Assembly (NCBI RefSeq): GCF_006345805.1
Contig: NC_043009.1
Coordinates: 13,330,001-13,394,000 of the forward strand
DNA from: Octopus sinensis
Taxonomy: Eukaryota
Reading direction: 5' to 3'
Length of the DNA: 64,000 nucleotides
This document shows, piece after piece, positions 25,690 to 35,941 of this stretch. The notes beneath the pieces are model-generated. The model was not told the DNA's origin, did not search any database, and saw nothing but the letters and a program-made list of their open reading frames with translations. How positions within the stretch are numbered: position 1 is the stretch's first letter; each line of letters opens with the position of its first letter. A program made the translations under genes and the position numbers.

Positions 25690-26300
25690 GTCGTAGAAGA
25701 TACCAGCTCTATTTTGAAGTTTCTATGGGATAGAGCGCAACGCTCCGATAACCACTGGTGTCACTTTTACATTACCCTCTCGCATTCGATACAGTCTGGC
25801 CATTTCCACTTTCAATTCACAGTACTTAGAGATTTTTTCAGCCTCTTTACTCACAACATTCAGGTCATTTCGTATGGCTACATCAATCTGACAGTATTTG
25901 TCACTCATATTCAATATGACATCATCTGGCCGACGCTGATCGACTGCACGGCCCGTCTGAAAAATCATAATTACTTTTCCATCCGCCTGCATAACTTTAC
26001 TTCGTACACTTTCATACCAGTTCTCTGTTACTTCATATTGATATTTATGGCACAAGAGCCAATGAAGATACACACACTTTATCGTGGCAACGCTTGTATT
26101 CTTTTGTTGCAAGGCTCTCACATCCACTTACCAGTGGGTCACATTTTCTGCACTCTGTCCACAGAGTCTGCATGTCTGGGTGTCAGAAGTTTTATAGATG
26201 TTATACCTCGCTGAATTGGTAGCGAGAGCCTGGTCTTGTGCAGCAATGATCATGCTTTCGATCGTACTCTGTAGTATACTTAACATCTTGTGTATTCCTC
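25690..26300 (-). pseudogene. R4/Dong-like LINE 3' fragment (CCHC plus RLE endonuclease)
   Basis: IIAAQDQALATN, TCRLCGQSAENVTH, RRPDDVIL, IDVAIRNDLNVVSKEAEKISKY and PVVIGAL. Confidence 0.8.
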
Positions 26301-26339
26301 TCAAACTGTCAATGCATTCTCATTTCATATTAATACGTC

Positions 26340-27139
26340 CAGGAATACTAGCATTTCTTGATGTATTAATAACATACACCAAGTATGGATTCATGACATC
26401 CATATACTGCAAGCCAACCTTTACTGGACGATACCTCAGCTTCAATTCCCACCATCCATACAGTGTAAAGAGAGGGATTGCTCAGTGCCTAAAACACCAT
26501 GCTAAGAATATAAGTAGTGATTGTGATACCCACCATGAAGAAATGATCAAGCTCAGTAACAATCTATTAAGCAACAGCTGCCCCCAAAACATACTATCCA
26601 CTCCAATTATAAAGAAAAGAGAGGATGAAACCAATAAAATGTCCACGGTCTGTCTACACTATGTGAATGGCTTCTCCGAATAGATGCAAAAGATACGCCG
26701 CCCATATGACATCAGGACCGTATTCGAGAGTAATACAACACTTCGTAAATATCTCCTTCCGGTAAAACCACCAATAGAAGAGAATATGGCCAAAAATCGC
26801 GCGTACTCCATCCCATATCCCATAAAGACGTGGTAGGTTATACAAAGCGAAACATGTCGCTCCCTCAAAATGATGGTAGACGAACACCGCAAAGCTGTGA
26901 CACGAGGAGATACTGATAAATTTACTCACAACATTCATACTGATCATGTATGGAAAAATGAAGACCACCTCCCTTTGTGGGTTGAAGTTAAATTCAGAGA
27001 ACACCACTGGAAAATACGAAAACTAAAAGAAGCAGCACATATGCTAAGATACAACAACCTCATCAGCAGACCGAGTGCAGATATGAATAGCATATGGGAA
27101 CTGGTATTAAGGAAGGATAGAAAAATATTAGATTTATAA
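26340..27139 (+). pseudogene. Penelope-like element 3' part (RT thumb plus GIY-YIG)
   Basis: LAFLDVLI..TSIYCKPTFTGRYLSFNSHHPYSVKRG (PLE RT thumb), then AYSIP...EHRKAV...RKLKEAAHM, with frameshifts. Confidence 0.85.
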
Positions 27140-27169
27140 GCCCTAAAAATTCACTCCATAATTGCCCAC

Positions 27170-27245
27170 GAGCATATGGCGTAGTGGTTAAGAGCGCGGG
27201 CTACTAACCTCAAGATTCCGAGTTTGATTCCAGGCAGTGGCCTGA
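27170..27245 (+). promoter_or_regulatory. tRNA-like Pol III internal promoter (A and B boxes) in the Penelope 3' region
   Basis: A box TGGCGTAGTGG at 27177-27187 and B-box-like GAGTTTGATTCC at 27220-27231 with tRNA spacing; no complete cloverleaf. Confidence 0.65.
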
Positions 27246-27302
27246 AGAGTAATGATATCATCGAAATATGGGAATGAGAACCTAGGTTCGAAATTTCCCC
27301 AA

Positions 27303-27348
27303 GACACCCGATGAAAGCTGGAGGGTGTATCAGCCGAAACGTTGTGTT
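27303..27348 (+). ncRNA. Minimal type I hammerhead ribozyme motif, mutated copy
   Basis: Stem I GACAC/GTGTT, core CCGATGA (canonical CUGAUGA), stem II AGCTG/CAGCC, GAAA, palindromic AACGTT stem III, GUU cleavage triplet. Confidence 0.7.
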
Positions 27349-27434
27349 AACAACAAACAAGATGAGGACAAATATCCGTCAAATGTAAATAATGTATCAT
27401 TATTATTATTATTATTATTATTAATGCTTAGTAG

Positions 27435-27960
27435 CAATTCGTTAGCCTTTAAAATCGGAACTCAAATTCCACCAAGGCCAACGTTGACATTGTTCGTTCC
27501 GGATATCGATGGAATAAGTACCAATTCCGCACTGGGGGTCTATGTAATCGATTAATCACTCCCATAAATTTCATGTCTCCTGCCTATTTCTATTTCTATT
27601 AGGGCTACTATTATCCTATCTGTACAACACATTCACGTTTTCGAAATCTGCTTTCCTTTATTGACATTCTCACATGTTTTACACTAATTCTGTATCTAAT
27701 TATTGTTGCCAGCGATGTAGTAGTTTTATTATTAACCTACCAGTAGCTGGGAAGCTGGCAAAATCTTTAGCACGCCGAGAAATATGCTTCGTGGCATTCC
27801 GGCCGTCATCATGTTCTGAGTTCAAATTCCGCCAAGACCGACTTTGTCTCTTATCCTTTCGGGGTCAAAAATAAGTGTATCAGTTGAGGACTTGTGACCA
27901 TGTAATCAAGTTAGCCCCTCCCCAGAACTTGCTGGGTCAGTGCCAAAATTTGAAATCATT
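27435..27960 (+). mobile_element. Two degenerate SINE family A copies (~27435-27580 and ~27742-27960)
   Basis: GAGTTCAAATTCCGCC..GACTTTG..ATCCTTTCGGGGTC and ATAAGTACCA..CACTGGGG motifs. Confidence 0.7.
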
Positions 27961-28304
27961 ATTAGCCTGCGACACCCTTTATAACTTCTTCCAATTCTAA
28001 CTCTCCGCTATTTAACCATTCTCAGTTTTATTTTTTATGCCTATTATGTTCTCCCCGTATAAACAGAATAGAACACGTGCTTCACAGTCACAGAATTTCA
28101 AGCGTTCCGTTAATGGAATGCGATGAAGTACCACTCCAATGAATAAAACCCCAAATATCATGTAGCTTTTCACAAGGCTCTTTTATATTCAATAACATCA
28201 AATACAGAATGGTACCCCAAAATTGTAATAACTGGTAACTGCTCATTAATAAAATGTTAAACCCTGCCATTGCCTTATTACACGGATTATACACAAGCAA
28301 GCGC

Positions 28305-28308
28305 GCAC

Positions 28309-28394
<86 letters not shown>

Positions 28395-28698
28395 CAGAAA
28401 AAGAGAGAGGCATACATACAGAGACAGAGAGAGGGAGAGAGATACACACACATATAAACATACATACATACAGAAACACACACGTATAATATAGTAAATA
28501 TATTTATGCATAGATGTATGTATACATACATACAGGTCAATATATTTATATACACAGATAGAGAGAGACTGATACATACATGTATATATGTACTTACATA
28601 CATATATACATACCTGTATAAATATGTATCGATTAGTAAAAGCATTTGAATTTGCATATGCAAGTATATATACATAGATATATATATATATATGTATG

Positions 28699-28770
<72 letters not shown>

Positions 28771-28795
28771 CATACATACACACACATATACACAC
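28305..28795. repeat. Compound (TA)n/(GA)n/(TACA)n microsatellites
   Basis: Directly visible. Confidence 0.9.
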
Positions 28796-29423
28796 TCACG
28801 AATACGAAGACACATTGATGTATAATGAAAGTGTATGAAAGCAATAGAGATCGATGGGAAAATAATAAACAGCGGGGGAAAAACGTGGGGAAACAAAGAG
28901 AAACGAAAGAAGCGTAGAGGAGTAAGATGGACGTATTGCCAGTGAGAGAGAGATATCTGTATGTTAGTCACTGCTTGTGAATGACTGTTGAATTTTTTAA
29001 GACGTTCTAGAGCGTGATCATCTGTAACTATTTAAGTAGATACTCCGCTGCTTCGTCCTGTCATTCTATGTAATTCAAATATATTACTGCATTCCGTCAA
29101 ATGGGAAGTACTTCATAGCTACGTCCTCTAACGTTCTAGTCGTGACAATTAAGTGAAAATTCAGCATTTATCAATTACGAAAGTGTACTTCAGGACAGTA
29201 GCTGTCCGAGAATATAGAGACACCTGTATACACGCAGTCACGCATATATATATATATTGCATAGCTATACATTCTGAAATCTTCACAAACGATGACATGT
29301 AACAACAAATACACATTAAAAACACATTCAAATTCGCGTCTGCACACATTCACACACATACAGAGACTTAAGCTCAAAAATGCCAGGTCAAACAGTCATT
29401 GGAATACCAATTGAATGACATTT

Positions 29424-29532
29424 TCTTATCCAAACTCAATCATATATTTAATGGCATGTATGCATATTCAACGATAAAGAAAGACATTCATTTCTACACG
29501 TGTGCAACTCTATCTGTCTCTCTGTCTGTTAA

Positions 29533-29609
<77 letters not shown>

Positions 29610-29626
29610 CCTACCTACCTATCTAC

Positions 29627-29693
<67 letters not shown>

Positions 29694-29725
29694 ACCAGCT
29701 GCCTGCCTATCTATCTATATGTGTC

Positions 29726-29782
<57 letters not shown>

Positions 29783-30024
29783 ATCTATCTATCTATCTAT
29801 CTATCTAGAGGCAGAAAAACAGGATGCTCTGTTACCTTACGCTGAACCTGACAACTCCGCCACCATCAACATCGACAACAGCAACTCTTATCCAAACTCA
29901 ATCATATATTTAATGGCATGTATGCATATTCAACGATAAAGAAAGACATTTATTTCTACACGTGTGCAATTCTATCTGTCTCTCTGTCTGTTAAATCTAT
30001 CTACCTATCTATCTATCTATCTAT
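29424..30024 (+). repeat. Local tandem duplication of flank, (TATC)n and LINE 5' tip
   Basis: 29424-29545 recurs at 29886-30010; 29533-29885 matches 32716-33039, including the microsatellite interruptions. Confidence 0.85.
29807..29885 (+). mobile_element. 79-bp 5' tip of the Tx1 LINE
   Basis: Identical to 32961-33039. Confidence 0.9.
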
Positions 30025-32366
30025 GGCAGAGGCGCAACAGGGCAACAAAGCCACCATTCGGTCACTGGTAGATGAACAGGGGCGCGAATTGCTCGAGCCA
30101 AGTAAAATGTGTGAGGCCTTTCAGCAGCATTTTGCCCGACTGTTCGGAACGAGTGGAGGGCAAGAACGTAGGGTGGACTTCAGTGCCTACCTACATAGCC
30201 TACCACGACTCTCGACAAGAAAGGCAGGGTGCTGCGAAGGTGCCATCACGGCGGCGGAAGTGCGGGAAGCGATGGCAGAATGCTCGAGGGACAAATCACC
30301 GGGTTTGGATGGTCTACCCTACGAGCTTTACAATTGTATGCCAGACTTGTTTGGAGATCTCTTGGCGGCGGTGTACTGCAACTGGCAGCAAAACGGGAGC
30401 ATTCCTGGTTTTGTGAGCCGAGGAGCCGTAACACTGCTGAAGAAAGATCTAAACAAGGGAAACATTATAGATAACTTTAGGCCCATCACTCTGCTTAATG
30501 CAGACTTGAAAATTTTGGCCAAGGTGCTAGCCAAGAGGTTGGCGCTTGTCATCGAGAAACTGGTCGACAAGGCGCAAACATGCGCCGTGCCAGGCCGGAC
30601 CATCCATGACAACCTCCATCTGATGCGCTACATCATAGACAGGGTAGTTAACGAACCTGGCATGGGTGGGGCCCTGATCAACTTGGATCAATCAAAAGCC
30701 TTTGATAGGGTAGACCATCGATACTTGGAGGCAGTCCTGAGAGCGGCTGGTTTCGGTCCCGTCTTCCGCGGCTGGATAGCTGCCTTGTACAGAGGCATCC
30801 GTTCGGTAATTCGCGTAAATGGACATCTATCGAGACCTTTCGACATTGCACGTTCGGTCCGTCAGGGATGCCCCCTCTCGGCGCTTCTATACGTATTGAC
30901 CCTTGAGCCACTACTGCCGGAAGCTGGCGACTCTAAGGGGCATCCCGCGAGAATTGGGATGCGGGACGAGCGTGTCTGCATACGCGGACGACGTCACCGT
31001 CATAGTGTCTAGCCACGAGCACATCGAGCTGGTCGGCGAGACACTGAAAAACTACGAAGCGGTGACAGGAGCGAAAATCAACCGGGAAAAGTCAGTGGGC
31101 TTGCGACTAGGCACCTGGAGAAGCAAGCCCATGCCGTCCACCAGCGCCTCCGTCGTGGGACGCTGGACCGACGGCCTGGTTGAGTTGCTCGGGGTCTGGT
31201 TTGGTCCGGACCTCCAAATGGAGAAGAACTGGAACGAGATAACGAGTAGGGTGGTCACTCTCGCCCGGCAATGGGCCGAGAGGAAACTGTCCCTAAAAGG
31301 TCGAGCGGAGGTGGCGAACACGTACATCGCGTCCGTCATCTACTACCGCCTGACCGTCGTACCTTGTCCCGACCCTACCATCACCAAACTACAACGCATC
31401 CTCTTTCGCTTCTTGTGGAAAGGATGCGTCCCGATGGTCAGGCGATCCATTTGCTGTCAACACCCGTTAAAAGGAGGGCTGGGCATGCCGTGGTTGATGA
31501 TGCGCAGACACGCGCTGAGACTGCGACATCTCTGGCTCTATGTAGACGACGGTGAACAGGTGTGGTCGCCGTTTGTGAGGCACGCTTTCCCGCAGCTCGT
31601 CTCCATGACCGAACTGCAGTCGTGGATCAAAAAGAGGCCGAGGAAGGGCGAATGGCACCGCGAGTGTCGCGTTGCTCTCAAGCAACTCTGCCGCCTCCTG
31701 GGTCGACCTTAAGTGACTTCAACACAACCAAAGCATTCTATAGGGGTTTAGTGGAGGGAGGTACGACGACGAGCTCGGGGCGAACCTGGACGTCGACGAG
31801 GAGTACCTGACCCGCCTGTTCGGGACGACTTTCGGGCCAGGGCCCATGGACAACTTCCAGAGATCCCTGGCCTGGCAGTGCTACCGAGAAGCGCTACCCG
31901 TTCGGGATAAGCTCTACAGACACGGCTCGAGAAACACGGGGCCGACCTGCCCGAGATGCGGTCAGAGCGACGAAACCGTTCTGCACGCACTCGTTCAGTG
32001 TCCAACAATTTCCGACCTGTGGGCTTATGTCGAACAACTGCTGTCACGTGTGGGACGAGTCGGTTTATCAGCTGAGTCTATCGTCAATATTGTCACGCCT
32101 CCTTCCTTCAAACGGGAAGGAGAGCTATTTTCATCATCCTTGTGGCTATGGCGAAAGAATGTATCTGGTGGACGCGTCTGAAAGGATTGGAGACAAACAC
32201 TTTCCTCTCTGGTCAATCTCTCATCAACTTCTTCAAGTACCACTTGAAAAGGAAAGTGAGAGTAGAGAGGCAAGTTTTGTCTAGCGAATGTTTTAAAAAA
32301 AGATGGGTGAATGTAGCAAGAATGGCACGTATGAATGACGAAGCCACCTTGAGCATAGTCCTATGA
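30023..32366 (+). pseudogene. Copy A ORF2 (RT plus CCHC), frameshifted
   Basis: Tracked ORFs 29918-31012, 30903-31712, 31846-32181 and 32142-32366 jointly align to copy B ORF2. Confidence 0.9.
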
Positions 32367-32715
32367 ACCCAGAAATCGAAAACAGAGAGTTGCTTATTTG
32401 CAAAAAAAAAAAAAAAAAGAAATATAAAATGTGACTTCATTGACCGAGGTTACCGTGGTCTTTTCCGCAGGCTTTTCTTTCCACGGGTAACCTCACCTGT
32501 CCTCCCCTTTACACTTCATATTGACATTTCTGTGATAACGATCCTATTGATCATTTTTTTTTTCCTCTCCCCCCCTTTTTTTTTTTTTAACCCCCCTTAT
32601 TTTTGTCCTTTTTCTCTCCTTTTACGATCCCTTTTGATCGAACCTCCCCCTTCCTTTTTTTTTTTTTGTAATTTGTTCTATCTGTGTGCAGCCCTGTGTG
32701 GCTAATAAAGAAACA
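30025..32715 (+). mobile_element. L1/Tx1-clade LINE copy A, 5'-truncated
   Basis: Colinear with 36158-38912. RT motifs KSPGLDGLPYE, FRPITLLNADLKIL, LDQSKAFDRV, VRQGCPLS, YADD; CCHC CPRCGQSDETVLH; ends AATAAAGAAACA then (TATC)n. Confidence 0.95.
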
Positions 32716-32785
<70 letters not shown>

Positions 32786-32798
32786 CCTACCTATCTAC

Positions 32799-32865
<67 letters not shown>

Positions 32866-32897
32866 ACTAGCTGCCTGCCTATCTATCTATATGTGTC

Positions 32898-32960
<63 letters not shown>
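32716..32960. repeat. Interrupted (TATC)n between copies A and B
   Basis: Directly visible, with CTAACTAGCTGCCTGCC and ATATGTGTCTC interruptions. Confidence 0.95.
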
Positions 32961-32961
<1 letters not shown>

Positions 32962-33772
32962 GAGGCAGAAAAACAGGATGCTCTGTTACCTTACGCTGAA
33001 CCTGACAACTCCGCCACCATCAACATCGACAACAGCAACAAATACAAAACAAAGGTCGCAAGGCCAAGCACCGTCAACACCATCAGTGAGTCCACCACCA
33101 CCACCAACACCGACAACAACACCGTGGCAGAATCTGCTACTAAAACTGCTATCCCTACTAAAGACGTCGCCACCAATAACAATACCAACATCACCGCCAC
33201 CAAAGACCGTGCCGTCAATGCTACTAATACTACTAACACCACCGCCGTCACCAAGAACGACAATAACAACAACAACAACAACAACAACGACGACGACAAC
33301 AACAATTCCCTTCAACCACTGCTCACTCCATCACCAACAAGTGAAAAAATAACGACGACAAGCAAACGAAATGCCGAAATTTGCGCTAATGCAGGACTAA
33401 ATTACGCAGGCAATTTTCCACCCCTTGCTAGTTGCATAATCAGCAACCACAAACCTACAACCCACACCCCTGCCATCAACACCAACACCACCGGCAGTAA
33501 CAACAATAACAAAACAACAACAAACTTCGCCGAGGCGATAAAGAAAAGTAACAAAAGTTTCGTTTACTACACAACAGATTAAAGATTGCAGAAACCTTAT
33601 TACAAATCAAAACGGAAAAATACTCTTACACATACCTCAGCACATACTGAATGAGGAGAAAAAAAAGACAATTGTATATAAAATCACAAATAAAAAAACA
33701 AAAAGTCCAGAAAAGGCAAGCACAGACAAAGTCGAAAAGTGCTTACGCCCCATCTGGGGATACAAGGATTAT

Positions 33773-34606
33773 GTGACTTGGGCGAACAAGTTCGCACACG
33801 TACAGGTGGTTTTTCAGAATGAAGAGTTGGCGAAGAAATTCTCAACGATAACCCTTCATTCTGATGAACTAACGTTGACACCGAGTTACCTCGGCCAGAA
33901 GGTGACGAAAGTCATTATCAGTGGTGTCCCCCAAGTGACTACAACACTGTGGATTACATCCGCCTTAACATCCGAAATGGAGGACATAAACATCCTAGAT
34001 ATCGGTGTTTCGGAAAACAAGGACTGGTTGGGAAAGAGAATAGAGTTCCTCTTCCACATAAGTCAAGAGGACATAAATAAAATCCCCACCCACGTACATC
34101 TTGAGGATGGCCGCAAGTTATACGTAGTAGTCGAGGGCAGAAGGCCACGATGCTATACATGTGGCAGTGAGGCACACCTAAAAAAGGAGTGCAAATCTGC
34201 CGCTAAATTACAACAACAACAACAGCCACAGGAAAAATCACAAAAGCCAGGATTATTGCCCACACCACAATATGGACAGCTAGTCAAGAAGCTGTATGCG
34301 GAAATGCAGGAAAAACAACAAAGAACAAGCCAACCCAACCAAACAACACCAACACCAGCGCCAAGAACAGAATCATCACCACCAACAACAAATAAACCAA
34401 TTCCAACACCAAGAATAACAACGAAGAAGACAAGCACCAAGGATGTAGGAGAGACAATAACCACAACAAACCCCCAGCAACACCCTCCCCGCGCACCACA
34501 ACAATATCTACAACCGCACAAACACACCCAGACGCTTTACCCTTGCCCCCTGCTGATTCGTCAGACTTTTCATCTAACGATGAAAGTTCGACAGAATGGC
34601 AAATAG
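33773..34606 (+). CDS. LINE ORF1 core (RNA-binding region plus CCHC knuckle); the full ORF1 probably spans ~32980-35012 with frameshifts
   Basis: Long open frame with CYTCGSEAHLKKEC (CX2CX4HX4C), flanked by Thr/Pro-rich segments in other frames. Confidence 0.8.
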   Translation: MTWANKFAHVQVVFQNEELAKKFSTITLHSDELTLTPSYLGQKVTKVIISGVPQVTTTLWITSALTSEMEDINILDIGVSENKDWLGKRIEFLFHISQEDINKIPTHVHLEDGRKLYVVVEGRRPRCYTCGSEAHLKKECKSAAKLQQQQQPQEKSQKPGLLPTPQYGQLVKKLYAEMQEKQQRTSQPNQTTPTPAPRTESSPPTTNKPIPTPRITTKKTSTKDVGETITTTNPQQHPPRAPQQYLQPHKHTQTLYPCPLLIRQTFHLTMKVRQNGK

Positions 34607-35062
34607 CCACAGGGGGTAAAAGAAAAAGATCAAGAAAACCAAACAAGAAATCGCAACCAAAGCAGGGAGATACCTGAACCCTGAAAACTCCATACACAAC
34701 AAAACAAGCACCAACACCACAAAAACAATGCTATCAGCGATAGACACCAAAGACTCCAAACTAATGGAGTACATCACAGGATACACAAACATTTGTGAAG
34801 ATGACTTTAAAAATAGCAATCATCCACGCACTACACCACCCAAACACATCAAAATACTACACATCACACAAACACAACACCACAAACTCAAAGCCCTCTT
34901 CCCAAATGCTGTAGGGGGTTTCCAGAAATATCTGTCCCAAAAACTATATAGAAACCTCCTCGAAGACACATCAAAGAACGAGGAAGCCAAAACTTTCGAC
35001 ACAAGTAAGTAACTCTCCCTACTTTCATTTGTGTGTTTTAAAGCACACACCCCAATAGAATC

Positions 35063-35941
35063 ATGGTCAAGATTGGTTGTGTGAATGCGCGTGGCTTGGG
35101 GTCTCCTTGGAAACAAGGATACCTCCTAAATGACATCAAGTCACATGATTTGGGAATCATAGCCATAAGTGAGACCAGACTCCACGAGCCACGGGCCCTA
35201 AAGTCCATGTTTGGCGGACAGTTTAACATTTATTTCGCTCCCTGTCTGCCGAGGATGGGCGGTAGTGGCACCGCGGTACTTTTTCACAAGAGCCTGGATC
35301 TCGAAGTCAAGACGATATTCGTAGACCCGGAGGGTAGACTGATCGTTCTGGATGTTGACGGCAGCAATGGGTGCGCTTTTCGACTCGTATCAGTCTACGC
35401 ACCGCCCTTAACAGGTCGGGCGGATTTCTTTCGACGTCTAGAAGTATTCTTGGGAACGTCTCGTCCTTTACTCTTAGTGGGGGATTGGAATGCTACCTTG
35501 GACACGCATGTAGACTACGTGGGTAGAGACAGAAACAGAAGGGGATGCAAATGCCTCAGAGACCTGCTCAGACGATTCCAACTGTCTGACAGGTACCGAC
35601 TCGACCACCCAAATGCACCAACGTGGACATGGACCAACCGCAGTGGGTCGTCGAGATCGTATCTAGATAGCATACTGTGTAGGACAGTAGACAAGGATAA
35701 CTTAGGATGTCCACAATTCCACACAGTCAGCTACACGGATCACAAATTGGTGACGTGTACGCTAGACTTAGATAAGGCACATAGACAGGGTCCTGGGTAC
35801 TGGAAACTGAACGCATCATTCCCGTCCAGACAAGTTTTCAGAGACCGGATTAGCACACTAGTAAAGAGGGCTTTGACGGGAGCCATCATCAACAACAAAT
35901 GGTGGTTTGCCCTCAAGAGCAGTAAAAGCAGAAGCGATTAG
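35063..35941 (+). CDS. ORF2 N-terminal APE-like endonuclease
   Basis: NARGL, ISETRL, VYAP, GDWNATLD, TDHKLV and GPGYWKLN motifs typical of L1/Tx1. Confidence 0.92.
   Translation: MVKIGCVNARGLGSPWKQGYLLNDIKSHDLGIIAISETRLHEPRALKSMFGGQFNIYFAPCLPRMGGSGTAVLFHKSLDLEVKTIFVDPEGRLIVLDVDGSNGCAFRLVSVYAPPLTGRADFFRRLEVFLGTSRPLLLVGDWNATLDTHVDYVGRDRNRRGCKCLRDLLRRFQLSDRYRLDHPNAPTWTWTNRSGSSRSYLDSILCRTVDKDNLGCPQFHTVSYTDHKLVTCTLDLDKAHRQGPGYWKLNASFPSRQVFRDRISTLVKRALTGAIINNKWWFALKSSKSRSD

Noticed and set aside
27170-27245. Functional tRNA gene
   Set aside because: No acceptor-stem pairing and an altered B box; treated as a tRNA-derived promoter. The SINE heads were rejected for the same reason.
27241-27270. Second hammerhead CTGAAGA...CGAAA
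   Set aside because: Stem II is poor and no stem I or NUH site could be formed.
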